Source: an uncultured cyanobacterium (GTDB taxonomy: Bacteria > Cyanobacteriota > Cyanobacteriia > Cyanobacteriales > CAWCAG01). From it: a stretch of DNA of 64,000 nt. The stretch spans positions 608,001-672,000 of the forward strand of contig CAWCAG010000009.1 in the NCBI GenBank assembly GCA_963793425.1, in the 5' to 3' direction. Of the stretch, positions 21,876 to 31,044 are shown in pieces (positions within the stretch are counted from its first letter, which is position 1; each line of letters starts with the position of its first letter). The notes beneath the pieces are model-generated. The model searched no databases. It had not been told where the DNA came from and saw only the letters and a list, made by a program, of their open reading frames with translations. The translations under genes were made by a program, and so were the position numbers.

Positions 21876-23201
21876 ATGAGTTACGATTATGATTTATTTG
21901 TTATTGGTGCAGGATCTGGGGGCGTTGCTTGTGCGAGGAGAGCGGCGGGATATGGTGCTAAGGTTGGTATAGCGGAATTTAGCCGTTTAGGGGGAACCTG
22001 TGTTAATCGTGGCTGTATCCCTAAAAAGTTGATGGTTTATGCTTCCCATTTTCCTGAACTTTTTCATGATGCCAAAGGTTATGGTTGGAGTGGTGTAGAG
22101 AGTAGTTTAGATTGGCAAAAACTAGTTACAGCTATTGATCAGGAATTAACGCGGTTAAATGGCGTTTACCAAAGGATGCTGGATAAAGCTAGTGTCAAAA
22201 TCTATCGGGGTTATGCAAAGTTCCTTGATCCCCATACCCTAGAAATTGGTGAGGAAAAGGTCACAGCAGAGAAAATCTTGATTGCTGTGGGGGGAAAGCC
22301 CCAAAAACCTGATATTCCGGGTATAGAACATACCATTACCTCTGATGATATGTTTACCCTTAAAGAACAACCCAAGCAGATAATTATTTTGGGGGGTGGT
22401 TATATTGGTACAGAATTTGCTTGTATCATGAATGGTTTAGGAACCCAGGTAACGCAAATAGTCCGCAGCGAACAAATCCTCCGGGGATTTGATGATGATT
22501 TGCGCTCAACTATTGCTGAGGCTATGGTTAGTCATGGTATCAATTTAATCACAGGAACAGAAGCTAAAAAAGTTACGAAGACAGACAAAGGGTTGAAAGT
22601 TGAGAATGCTACAGCTAAGGTTGTTTTAGCCGCTACAGGGCGCATACCTAACTTAGAGAAGTTGGGTTTGGAAAATACTGGAGTTGAAGTTAAAAATGGT
22701 GCTGTTGTAGCTGATAAGTATGGGCAAACGGCACAAAAAAATGTTTATGCAGTAGGAGATTGTTTAGATCGGGTGCAATTAACTCCTGTGGCAATTAGGG
22801 AAGGGCGTGCTTTCGCTGATACAGAGTTTGGTGGGATGTCTAAAACGATGGCTTATGACAACATCCCCACGGCGATATTCTCTACTCCGGAAGCCGGTGC
22901 TGTAGGATTGACAGAAGCTGAAGCCCAGGAAGAATATGGTGAGGAAGCGATTAAAACTTACCGCGCTAAGTTTAAATCTACTTACTATAGTTTGGCTCAT
23001 CGTGATGAAAAAACCATGATGAAGTTAATAGTCAATCAAGAAAATGACCAAGTTTTAGGCGCTCATATGGTAGGAGATCACGCCGCAGAAATTATTCAAG
23101 GAATTGCGATCGCAGTCAAAAAAGGTTGTACGAAAGCTGATTTTGATGCTACGGTTGCTCTTCATCCTACGGTAGCAGAAGAGTTTGTGACTATGCAATG
23201 A
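21876..23201 (+). CDS. gor: Glutathione-disulfide reductase
   Basis: GAGSGG, GGTCVNRGCIPKK, LTPVAI, HPTVAEEFVTM. Confidence 0.95.
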   Translation: MSYDYDLFVIGAGSGGVACARRAAGYGAKVGIAEFSRLGGTCVNRGCIPKKLMVYASHFPELFHDAKGYGWSGVESSLDWQKLVTAIDQELTRLNGVYQRMLDKASVKIYRGYAKFLDPHTLEIGEEKVTAEKILIAVGGKPQKPDIPGIEHTITSDDMFTLKEQPKQIIILGGGYIGTEFACIMNGLGTQVTQIVRSEQILRGFDDDLRSTIAEAMVSHGINLITGTEAKKVTKTDKGLKVENATAKVVLAATGRIPNLEKLGLENTGVEVKNGAVVADKYGQTAQKNVYAVGDCLDRVQLTPVAIREGRAFADTEFGGMSKTMAYDNIPTAIFSTPEAGAVGLTEAEAQEEYGEEAIKTYRAKFKSTYYSLAHRDEKTMMKLIVNQENDQVLGAHMVGDHAAEIIQGIAIAVKKGCTKADFDATVALHPTVAEEFVTMQ

Positions 23202-23215
23202 TCAGTTATCAATGA

Positions 23216-23241
23216 TGCCTAACGGCAACGGCAAGCCGAAC
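23216..23241. repeat. Small GC-rich double-hairpin dispersed repeat
   Basis: TGCC-TAAC-GGCA followed by CGGC-AA-GCCG, embedded in degenerate heptamer repeats; resembles cyanobacterial small dispersed repeats. Confidence 0.5.
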
Positions 23242-23254
23242 AATGTTTAATGTA

Positions 23255-23941
23255 TTGAAGATGAAAAGAGCAAAAACGCAATTTTCGTGACGGTTGTTGC
23301 CGAATTAGCAGATTTAGAAGCATGGGAAAGTGCGATCGCTCTTTATTAGCGAATGCTCACCTTAAGCAAAAGCAATATCGACGAGCTTTTGAGTTTGCAA
23401 AGTTAATTCCTGTTCTTACCATAAAAATGGCAACTCTGCAAAGGCAATATCAATAATAGATGAAGCTTTAGAAATCACCAAAACCATAGAAGTAGTTAAC
23501 GTTGTACCGGAGCGAAGTTTATTTTTACAATACTCTAATGCAGGATTTCTTATTTCTTTAGCTAATGATTATGTTGAATTTGGGCAAAAACAGCGAGGCT
23601 TAGAAATTTTAGCTAGAAGAATGTTGACTGAGTTCGGCAGTCAACATTATCAAAGTACAACCTTCAGTCTCTGGAATATAATAGGAGAGAAAGAAATCTT
23701 TACTCTTAAATTTGCATGGGATGACATCAACCCGTATCCCAGGCCTAATGGTGTATTTTTTACTCCTAACAAGGAACTATTGGTTTTTGATTTTGGCCAA
23801 GGGATTCTCCAATTTAGGTATACAGACTTGAACGTTTTAATAGAGCGTAGTTGCGATCGCATCCGCAACTACTTAAAGTACAATCCCAACGTTAAAGAAG
23901 AAGATAAACGCTTGTGTGATGGTATTGGTATCAAAGAATAG
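23255..23941 (+). pseudogene. Mosaic remnant of TPR-like helical segments fused to a WD40-protein C-terminus
   Basis: Short segments in different frames (VAELADLEAWESAIA; LANAHLKQKQYRRAFEFAKLIP; KAISIIDEALEITKTI...LANDYVEFGQKQRGLEIL) run into ORF 23621-23941. That ORF ends DLNVLIERSCDRIRNYLKYNPNVKEEDKRLCDGI, typical of cyanobacterial WD40-protein tails. Confidence 0.6.
23879..23930 (+). repeat. 52-bp direct repeat, copy 1 (gene 3' tail)
   Basis: Matches 24783-24834 at 49 of 52 positions. Confidence 0.92.
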
Positions 23942-24035
23942 AGGAAATACTTCTCAGTGTTTTCCTACTCATTTGATTTAAGGAAATTTCTCACAAAACG
24001 CTATACTCATCCGTAAGTGCAACTAAATAACAACT

Positions 24036-24452
24036 ATGCCAGCCAAAGACATTTATCATCACCAGCTCAAAAATGCTTTGATTAAAGATGGCTGGACAAT
24101 TACCGATGACCCCTTAATTTTATCCATCGGTAAAAAGGATTTATTTGTTGACTTAGGAGCAGAAAAAATAATTGCTGCGGAAAAAAATAATCGCAAGATT
24201 GCCGCAGAAATTAAAAGCTTCGTTGGTAGATCGCAAATTAATGATTTAGAAAATGCTGTAGGTCAATATATGGTTTACCTTCAGGTTTTATTGGAAACTA
24301 AAAGTGAGCGAATTTTATATTTAGCGATTAGGCAATCATCTTATCAAGAAGTATTTGAAGAAACTATAGGTAAAATATTCTTAAAAAAGAAGCTGATTAA
24401 TTTAATTGTTTTTGATGAACACAAGGAGAGTATCTTACAATGGATAGACTAA
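24036..24452 (+). CDS. xisH: XisH family protein (second copy)
   Basis: MPAKDIYH...ALIKDGWTITDDP...DLGAE...EIKSF...GQY. Confidence 0.93.
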   Translation: MPAKDIYHHQLKNALIKDGWTITDDPLILSIGKKDLFVDLGAEKIIAAEKNNRKIAAEIKSFVGRSQINDLENAVGQYMVYLQVLLETKSERILYLAIRQSSYQEVFEETIGKIFLKKKLINLIVFDEHKESILQWID

Positions 24453-24775
24453 CGGAACTTTATAACACTATCTATCCTATTCTCAAGGAATATGCAGACC
24501 TGCCCTATGCAGATCGGAATTTAGAACATAAATTAGTGATCAGTGATGACCACAAAGACTATCTATTAATGACTATCGGCTGGCGAGATGATGTCAAGAT
24601 ACACGGTTGCGTGGTTCATCTAGAAATTATTGACCAGAAGGTGTGGATACATCGGGATGGCTTAGAAGATGGTATTGCCGATGATTTAGTCAGAGCTGGC
24701 ATCCCTCCAAATCAGATCGTCCTGGCTTTTCATCCTCCCAAAATTAGACACCATACCGAATTTGCTGTTAATTAA
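24440..24775 (+). CDS. xisI: XisI family protein (second copy)
   Basis: YLLMTIGW...HGCVVHLEI...WIHRDGLEDGIA...IVLAFHPP. Confidence 0.93.
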   Translation: MDRLTELYNTIYPILKEYADLPYADRNLEHKLVISDDHKDYLLMTIGWRDDVKIHGCVVHLEIIDQKVWIHRDGLEDGIADDLVRAGIPPNQIVLAFHPPKIRHHTEFAVN

Positions 24776-24782
24776 AGGTAAA

Positions 24783-24834
24783 TACAATCCCAACGTTAAA
24801 GAAGAAGATAAACACTTATGTGACGGTATTGGTA
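24783..24834 (+). repeat. 52-bp direct repeat, copy 2 (displaced gene tail)
   Basis: With the few bases that follow it reads YNPNVKEEDKHLCDGIGKNK*. Confidence 0.92.
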
Positions 24835-25055
24835 AAAATAAGTAGAAAAAAGTATAAATTAAAGTATTCCATGAAGAATAAACAAAATTAATCACCTCTT
24901 AACAGTGCATCTGTAGCCTCATAAGGAACTAACGGTAAAGGTGAGTTCGATTTGGGGTTGGAGATTTCTCTTGATTTATCGTTTCACTACGGAAGTCCTA
25001 TAATTGATAATCAGTAACTAACAATTTCCTTTACCTAAAACCTAATACCCAAAAA

Positions 25056-26411
25056 ATGACTCCCCAAAACTACCACATCACTACTTTCGGCTGCCAAATG
25101 AATAAAGCCGACTCTGAACGTATGGCTGGTATTTTAGATGATATGGGTTTGGTACATTCAGCAGATCCTAACCAAGCGGATTTGATTCTCTACAATACTT
25201 GTACTATTCGTGATAATGCGGAACAAAAAGTTTATTCTTATTTAGGTAGGCAAGCTAAACGCAAACATAAACAACCGGATTTAACTTTGGTTGTTGCAGG
25301 TTGTGTGGCGCAACAGGAAGGAGAAAAGTTGTTGCGGCGAGTCCCAGAGTTAGATTTGGTGATGGGACCGCAACACGCCAATCGTTTGGAGGATTTGTTA
25401 AGCCAAGTCTTTGACGGTAATCAAGTGGTTGCCACCGAACCTATCCACATTGCTGAAGATATTACCAAACCTCGGCGGGATAGTCAAGTTAGTGCTTGGG
25501 TGAATGTGATTTATGGTTGCAATGAACGCTGTACCTATTGTGTTGTCCCTAATGTGCGAGGGGTGGAACAATCCCGCACCCCAGAAGCGATTCGGGAGGA
25601 AATGGCAGAGTTGGCTAAGCAGGGTTACAAAGAAGTTACCCTGTTGGGACAAAATATTGATGCCTATGGTAGAGACTTACCCGGCAGCACCCCAGAAGGT
25701 CGTCACCAAAACACCTTGACAGATTTACTCTATTATGTTGCCGATATTCCTGGCATTGAACGCATCCGCTTTGCCACCAGTCATCCCCGCTATTTCACGG
25801 AAAGATTAATCCGTGCCTGTCAAGAAATACCCCAAGTTTGTGAACATTTCCACATTCCCTTTCAATCCGGGGATAACGACATCCTCAAAGCAATGGCAAG
25901 GGGTTATACCCAAGAAAAATATCGCCGCATTATTAATAAAATTAGGGAATGTATGCCCGATGCAGCTATTAGTGCTGATGCAATTGTCGCTTTTCCAGGG
26001 GAAACAGAAGAACAATTCAACAACACTTTGAAATTAGTTACAGATATCGGTTTTGACCAACTCAACACGGCAGCCTATTCCCCTCGCCCTGGCACTCCTG
26101 CGGCTTTGTGGGATAACCAGTTAAGCGAAGAGGTAAAGAGCGATCGCTTACAACGTATTAACCGTTTAGTTGAGGTAAAAGCAATTGAGCGATCGCAGCG
26201 TTATCTGGGTAGAGTTGAAGAAGTTTTAGTTGAAGATATAAATCCCAGAGATCCTAACCAAGTGGTGGGGCGTACTAGAGGCAGTCGTTTAACTTTTTGT
26301 CAGGGTAATATTGAGGAGTTAAAAGGAAAAACAATTAAGGTTAAAATAACCGATATAAGAGCTTTTAGCTTGACGGGGGAAAGGGTGGTTGAGAAGGTGA
26401 GTGTTTGTTGA
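25056..26411 (+). CDS. miaB: tRNA-2-methylthio-N6-isopentenyladenosine synthase
   Basis: TFGCQMN, NTCTIR, GCVAQ, radical [18 protein letters not shown]-terminal TRAM domain. Confidence 0.97.
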   Translation: MTPQNYHITTFGCQMNKADSERMAGILDDMGLVHSADPNQADLILYNTCTIRDNAEQKVYSYLGRQAKRKHKQPDLTLVVAGCVAQQEGEKLLRRVPELDLVMGPQHANRLEDLLSQVFDGNQVVATEPIHIAEDITKPRRDSQVSAWVNVIYGCNERCTYCVVPNVRGVEQSRTPEAIREEMAELAKQGYKEVTLLGQNIDAYGRDLPGSTPEGRHQNTLTDLLYYVADIPGIERIRFATSHPRYFTERLIRACQEIPQVCEHFHIPFQSGDNDILKAMARGYTQEKYRRIINKIRECMPDAAISADAIVAFPGETEEQFNNTLKLVTDIGFDQLNTAAYSPRPGTPAALWDNQLSEEVKSDRLQRINRLVEVKAIERSQRYLGRVEEVLVEDINPRDPNQVVGRTRGSRLTFCQGNIEELKGKTIKVKITDIRAFSLTGERVVEKVSVC

Positions 26412-26432
26412 TGGAAAAATAACCAGCAAGCT

Positions 26433-27472
26433 TTATTCAGGGGGTTCAAAAATACAAATAGATTGCGGTTTAACAGGACAAGATTGATTAACAAGCTTCG
26501 GATTTCCCCATAGGTAAAGCCAAGTCAAATTAGTTAGAGTTGCAAGAGGAGTTATATCCTCTATTTCATTTTCCCCCAGGTAAAGCCCAGATAAATTAGT
26601 TAGAGTTGCAATAGGGGTTATATCCTTTATTTCATTTTCCCCCAGGTGAAGCCAAGTCAAATTAGTTAGAGTTGCAACAGGGTTATATCCTTTATTTCAT
26701 TTTCCGCCAGGTAAAGCCCAGTCAAATTAGTTAGAGTTGCAACAGGAGTTATATCCTTTATTTCATTTTCCCCCAGGTTAAGCCAAGTCAAATTAGTTAG
26801 AGTTGCAATAGGAGTTATATCCTCTATTTCATTTCCCCACAGGTCAAGCGAAGTCAAATTAGTTAGAGTTGCAATAGGAGTTATATCCTTTATTTCATTT
26901 CCCCCCAGATTAAGCAAAGTCAAATTAGTTAGAGTTGCAATAGGAGTTATATCCTTTATTTCATTTCCCCCCAGATCAAGCCAAGTCAAATTAGTTAGAG
27001 TTGCAACAGGGGTTATATCCTTTATTTCATTTTCCCCCAGGTCAAGCTCAGTAAAATTAGTTAGAGTTGCAACAGGGGTTATATCCTTTATTTCATTTCT
27101 CCCCAGGTAAAGCTCAGTAAGATTAGTTAGAGATGCAACAGGGGTTATATCTTCTATTTCGTTAAACTCCAGGTTAAGCTCAATCAAATTAGTCAAGTGC
27201 TTCTGGGCAAGCTGGCAATCTTCAGTTTCAGCTTCCTTCAACAAAACCTCAACAGTATGTCGCGCCTCACTAGTTAAACTTTCTCGATTTTCGCACCATT
27301 CGGCAAAGCTTTCAAACTGCTGCACTTGAGCCGTTGCTTGATGCCAACTACCACCAACACCTAAAGCAATAACTGCATAAACATTCGCGTAGCGTCTCCA
27401 TAAGGAGAAGCTCATTTTAGACATCACTACTTTATTTGTTGCGAACCGCTGACTTTGTTTGTTACTTCTCAT
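26433..27472 (-). CDS. Internalin-like leucine-rich repeat protein, split by a 1-bp frameshift near 26681
   Basis: Signal-like segment, Cys-containing N-cap (FAEWC...EDC), 22-aa LRRs, Cys-containing C-cap. One unit has ACAGGGTTAT where others have ACAGGGGTTAT/ACAGGAGTTAT; restoring one base joins ORFs 26666-27472 and 26433-26660. Start uncertain (27472/27424/27415). Confidence 0.85.
26502..27187 (-). repeat. 66-bp tandem repeat array (10 full units plus 1 partial) encoding LRRs
   Basis: Near-identical framework AAT GAA ATA xAG GAT ATA ACy CCT xTT GCA ACT CTA ACT AAT. Confidence 0.95.
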
Positions 27473-27517
27473 CTGCTAACTTCTAAACTTAAGGGAATCT
27501 TAATTTACATTAACAGA

Positions 27518-27573
27518 AGCGATACCTACGGCGGTCTTCTCCTTCCACCAGACGCTACGCGAATGCCTACGCA
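27518..27573. repeat. Nested small dispersed repeat
   Basis: AGCGATACCTACGGCGG...TGCCTACGCA interrupted by TCTCCTTCCACCAGACGCTACGCGAA; both resemble cyanobacterial dispersed repeats as I recall them. Confidence 0.5.
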
Positions 27574-27608
27574 TTCTCAAGCCTAGCTTTCATCCAGCAG
27601 ATACAGAG

Positions 27609-27713
27609 AATATTGAGGAGTTAAGAGGAAAAACAATTAAGGTTAAAATAACTGATATAAGAGCCTTTAGCTTAACAGGAGAAAGGGTGGTTGAGAAGGT
27701 AAGTGTTTGTTGA
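27609..27713 (+). pseudogene. Displaced duplicate of the last 34 codons plus stop of miaB
   Basis: 98/105 nt identical to 26307-26411; homology continues through the intergenic region into the LRR 3' end. Confidence 0.92.
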
Positions 27714-27749
27714 TAGAAAAATAACCAGCAACAACTTTTATTCAGAAGG

Positions 27750-28075
27750 TTAAAAAGTACAAATAATATATAGTCGTGGTTCAAATTGTCGTTCAATAGG
27801 ACAAGTTTGATTAGTAAGCTTTGGATTTCCCCCCAGGTAAAGCTGATATAAATTAGTTAAAGAAGAAAGAGGAGTTATATCCTCTATTTGATTTTCCTCC
27901 AGGTAAAGCTCAGATAAATTAGTTAAAGAAGAAAGAGGGGTTATATCCTTTATTTCATTTCCCTCCAGCCAAGCCAAGTCAAATTAGTCAGAGTTGCAAC
28001 AGGGGTAATATCCTTTATTTCATTTCCCTCCAGGCTAAGCCCAGTAAAATTAGTTAGAGTTGCAACAGGAGTTAT
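27750..28075 (-). pseudogene. Second LRR gene, 3' portion only (about 4 repeats plus C-cap), truncated by IS element
   Basis: Same 66-bp unit, 1-bp frameshift near 27968, different C-cap (TCPIERQFEPRLYIICTF); repeat register breaks exactly at the IS left end. Confidence 0.88.
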
Positions 28076-28121
28076 CAAAACAAAAAAAGGTTTAAAACCC
28101 CGCCGTTTTAGGGCGGATTCG

Positions 28122-28150
28122 TTGATTTTTTCAGGTACAATAAACATAAT
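28122..28150 (+). promoter_or_regulatory. Putative sigma70-type promoter for tnpB
   Basis: TTGATT-17 bp-CATAAT upstream of ATG 28178. Confidence 0.5.
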
Positions 28151-28177
28151 TTGCCAATAGCAACTGTTGCAACCAAC

Positions 28178-29359
28178 ATGAAAGCTAGATACAGATACAG
28201 ATTTTACCCAACGAAGGAGCAAAAACCAACACTTGCTCAACTATTTGGCTGTATCCGCGTCGTTTGGAACGATGCTCTGGCACTATGCAAAAATGTAGGC
28301 AAAGCATTAAACTACAACAAACTATCTAGCCTGTTAACCATAGCCAAAAAGAGTGAAGAAAGAAAGTGGCTAAGAGATGTATCAGCAGTCCCCTTACAAC
28401 AAACTTTAAGAAACTTAGCCACAGCCTACAAGAACTTCTTTAACTCATGTAAGGGCAAAAGAAAAGGTAAAAAAGTCTTACCACCAAAATTCAAGAAGCG
28501 AAGTAACCAACAAAGTGCAGCATTTGCCAAATCCGCCTTTTCAATGGAAGGGCAACAAGTTTACCTAGCTAAAATAGGCAACATTAACCCTATATTCTCA
28601 AGAGAACTACCATCTGTCCCCACATCTCTAACAGTAATCAAAGATAGTGCTGATAGGTACTTTATAAGCTTTGTAGTTGAAATCCCACCACAAAACTTAC
28701 CTAAATGCGATTCAAGCGTAGGAATAGACTTAGGAATAATAGACTTTGCCACATTAAGTAATGGAGAGAAAATCAAAGCCCCAAAACCCTTAAAAAAGAA
28801 ACTAAAGAAGCTCAGAAAACTACAACGTAACCTTGCCAGAAAGACGAAAGGTAGTAAGAGACGAGAATTAGCTAGAAGGAGAGTAGCCAAGCTTAACGCC
28901 AAGATAAAAGACACCAGAACAGATTTTTTACATAAGCTATCAACTAAGATAATTCGTGAAAACCAAACGATAATCTTAGAAGATTTAAACGTATCGGGAA
29001 TGCTCCGAAACCGTAAATTATCCCGTGCAATTAGTGATTTAGGATGGCGTAGTTTCAGAACTATGTTAGAAGCTAAATCAGTAATGTATGGTAGAGAATT
29101 TAGGGTAATTGATAGATGGGAACCAACATCACAAACTTGCTCTTGTTGTGGTTTCAGAGGTGGTAAGCAGGAACTCTCTATTAGAGAATGGACTTGTTTG
29201 AATTGCGGTGCAGTTCATGACAGAGATGTCAACGCTGCTGTAAATATCAAAGTCGCGGGGGGACACCCTGAGACTTTAAACGGACGTGGAGGCAGGTGTA
29301 AGACTACAACTGTAGCAGCAGCCTATGAAACGTCAACTATCCAGTTAGAATTGTTCTAA
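28178..29359 (+). CDS. tnpB: RNA-guided endonuclease TnpB
   Basis: N-terminal YRFYPT..Q HTH, RuvC-I GIDLG, RuvC-II LEDL, zinc finger CSCC...CLNC, RuvC-III DRDVNAA; catalytic D-E-D intact. Confidence 0.95.
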   Translation: MKARYRYRFYPTKEQKPTLAQLFGCIRVVWNDALALCKNVGKALNYNKLSSLLTIAKKSEERKWLRDVSAVPLQQTLRNLATAYKNFFNSCKGKRKGKKVLPPKFKKRSNQQSAAFAKSAFSMEGQQVYLAKIGNINPIFSRELPSVPTSLTVIKDSADRYFISFVVEIPPQNLPKCDSSVGIDLGIIDFATLSNGEKIKAPKPLKKKLKKLRKLQRNLARKTKGSKRRELARRRVAKLNAKIKDTRTDFLHKLSTKIIRENQTIILEDLNVSGMLRNRKLSRAISDLGWRSFRTMLEAKSVMYGREFRVIDRWEPTSQTCSCCGFRGGKQELSIREWTCLNCGAVHDRDVNAAVNIKVAGGHPETLNGRGGRCKTTTVAAAYETSTIQLELF

Positions 29360-29420
29360 ATTGGAATCCCCGTACCTTCTAGGTCGGGGAGGATGTCAAG
29401 GGGAATAAATAACACAGTAG
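29250..29420 (+). ncRNA. Predicted TnpB omegaRNA/reRNA (scaffold to 29399, guide from flank starting 29400)
   Basis: Inferred from established TnpB biology and the right-end hairpin; 5' boundary is approximate. Confidence 0.5.
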
Positions 29421-29520
29421 CCTCAGCAATTACTAGAATGAAAATGGAAGTTCAATAAATTGCTACTTAAACTACTTATTCCGTTCAAACCCAACTCTGG
29501 CTAACTAAAATTTAACTATT

Positions 29521-30644
29521 ATGTCTTATTCTTCTTTCCTTAAAGGTATTCCTGGCGCATTGGCTCAACCCTTCAGTATCGCTGTACTCGCTTCTATTGG
29601 CGTTCATGGAATTGCAGCCTTCGCTATACCAAGCTTTTATCCTGCCCCCGCAGAAGAAGAATCTCAGCCTGTGGGTTTACTCAACGCCTCTGAAATCAAC
29701 CAAAGTGGTTTGCCTGCTTTAGAAAGACCTCCAGAAGAATATACTTCACAACGATCTAGCCCTAAAAAACAATCTGACTCTTTGCAACAAAGAACTGTTA
29801 GTGGGATTTCTCGTAGTGGTCGTTATGGTACAAAAACAAGTAGGAATCCTACTCAGGCTCAAAAGCAACCGCAACAAAGGCAACCGACACCTGAAGAAAT
29901 AAAAAAGATTGAGAAAAACTTGAACCAAAAACTTGCTCAGCTAAGAAAAAAAGATGCACAGGTTACAGGAGAACAAAGACAGCAAAATGAAGCATATAGA
30001 AAGAAGTTAGAGGAAGCAGAAAGACAGCAAAATGAAGAAAAACAACGATTAGCAAAAAGAGCTGAACAGCAACAACAACGAGCAAGACAGAATCAAAACG
30101 ATAGCAAAGATCCTAATCCCACTCCAAATCAAGATAAAACTCCTGAAAATACAACAACAGTTACGAGTAATAATGATCGAGAAAAGGATCAAGGATTTGA
30201 AAGTGGGCAGACCATACCTAAAATAGCTCTAGGTAACGGAATACCCAAAACTCAAGAAGTTCCGCCACAATTAAGAGAACAACTTACTTATCAACCAAGT
30301 GGTACTACTCAAGCTGAGGCTGATAACAAACGTGAGATTTGGAAACAACAAATAAGTCCACTTTCTACTGACCAGAATCGATATCTATAGAGGGTAAATA
30401 TCCCCAAGATGCTTGCTCAGGAGAGAAAGTAGAAGGCTCTGCTACTTATGGAGTTGTAGTTGATCCTGAAGGCAAAATTGTTGGTCAGCCAACTCTGATA
30501 CAAAGTGCAGGTTATCCTGTTTTGAATCAACAAGCCATAGCAGATTTGCAAAGTTCTCAGCAATTTGCCAAAAATCCTCAACTTACCCCTTATTTAGTTG
30601 AGATTACATATCCTTATAACCCGCAAGTTTGTCCAGACAACTAA
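29521..30644 (+). CDS. TonB-like energy transducer, split by a 1-bp frameshift near 30371
   Basis: N-terminal TM helix (ASIGVHG) and a Pro/Gln-rich linker. Frame 30372-30644 encodes YPQDAC..KVEGSATYGVVVDPEGKI...QSAGYPVLNQQA, a TonB_C-like domain. Confidence 0.72.
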
Positions 30645-30794
30645 ACCGGGTTTATTAACCCAGAATTATTTATCGTAGAGGCGACGTGTTTTCCCTGTCT
30701 TAGAAAAAACCACAAATCTGAATTAGGTCGCCCAATCTCTCCTTAGTGTCCAATAAAGTAGTACAATCAAGCTGAATATATAGTCACAAAGCCT

Positions 30795-31031
30795 ATGGCA
30801 CTTACTGAAGCTCAAACTCTCTTAGTTGGATTATTGTACTTAGCCTTAAGCGGTGCATATCTAGTCGTGTTTCCTGGTTTGCTTTACTTATACCTGCAAA
30901 AACGCTGGTATGTAGCCTCTTCTTTTGAGCGGGCTTTCATGTATTTCTTGGTTTTCTTCTTCTTCCCAGGATTACTACTACTCAGTCCATTTCTGAACTT
31001 GCGACCAAAACCCAGATTCAGTAGGCAGTAA
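30795..31031 (+). CDS. ndhL: NAD(P)H-quinone oxidoreductase subunit L
   Basis: [35 protein letters not shown]. Confidence 0.95.
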   Translation: MALTEAQTLLVGLLYLALSGAYLVVFPGLLYLYLQKRWYVASSFERAFMYFLVFFFFPGLLLLSPFLNLRPKPRFSRQ

Positions 31032-31044
31032 GCGCCTTATCTCT

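Larger units (their letters stand above)
28076..29399 (+). mobile_element. tnpB-only IS200/IS605-family (IS1341-like) element
   Basis: Left end CAAAAC...CCGCC-GTTTTAG-GGCGG hairpin preceded by TTAT. Right end CCCCG..CC-TTCTA-GG..CGGGG hairpin ending GATGTCAA. No tnpA, terminal inverted repeats or target duplication. Confidence 0.88.

Noticed and set aside
9206..24775. xisHI pairs as an fdxN-type excision element
   Set aside because: No XisF recombinase or interrupted nif/fdxN gene; orphan xisHI pairs are common in cyanobacteria.
26502..27187. Regular repeat array as a possible CRISPR
   Set aside because: The 66-bp period is in-frame LRR coding sequence with no unique spacers, and no cas genes are present.
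26300..27796. Similar minus-strand ORFs 26300-26494 and 27590-27796
   Set aside because: Antisense readings of the duplicated miaB tail; the synonymous pattern fits the miaB frame.
26433..28075. Complete diversity-generating retroelement (TR/VR pair)
   Set aside because: No reverse transcriptase or avd in the window, and differences between the copies are not confined to adenines of one copy. Kept only as a trans-acting possibility.
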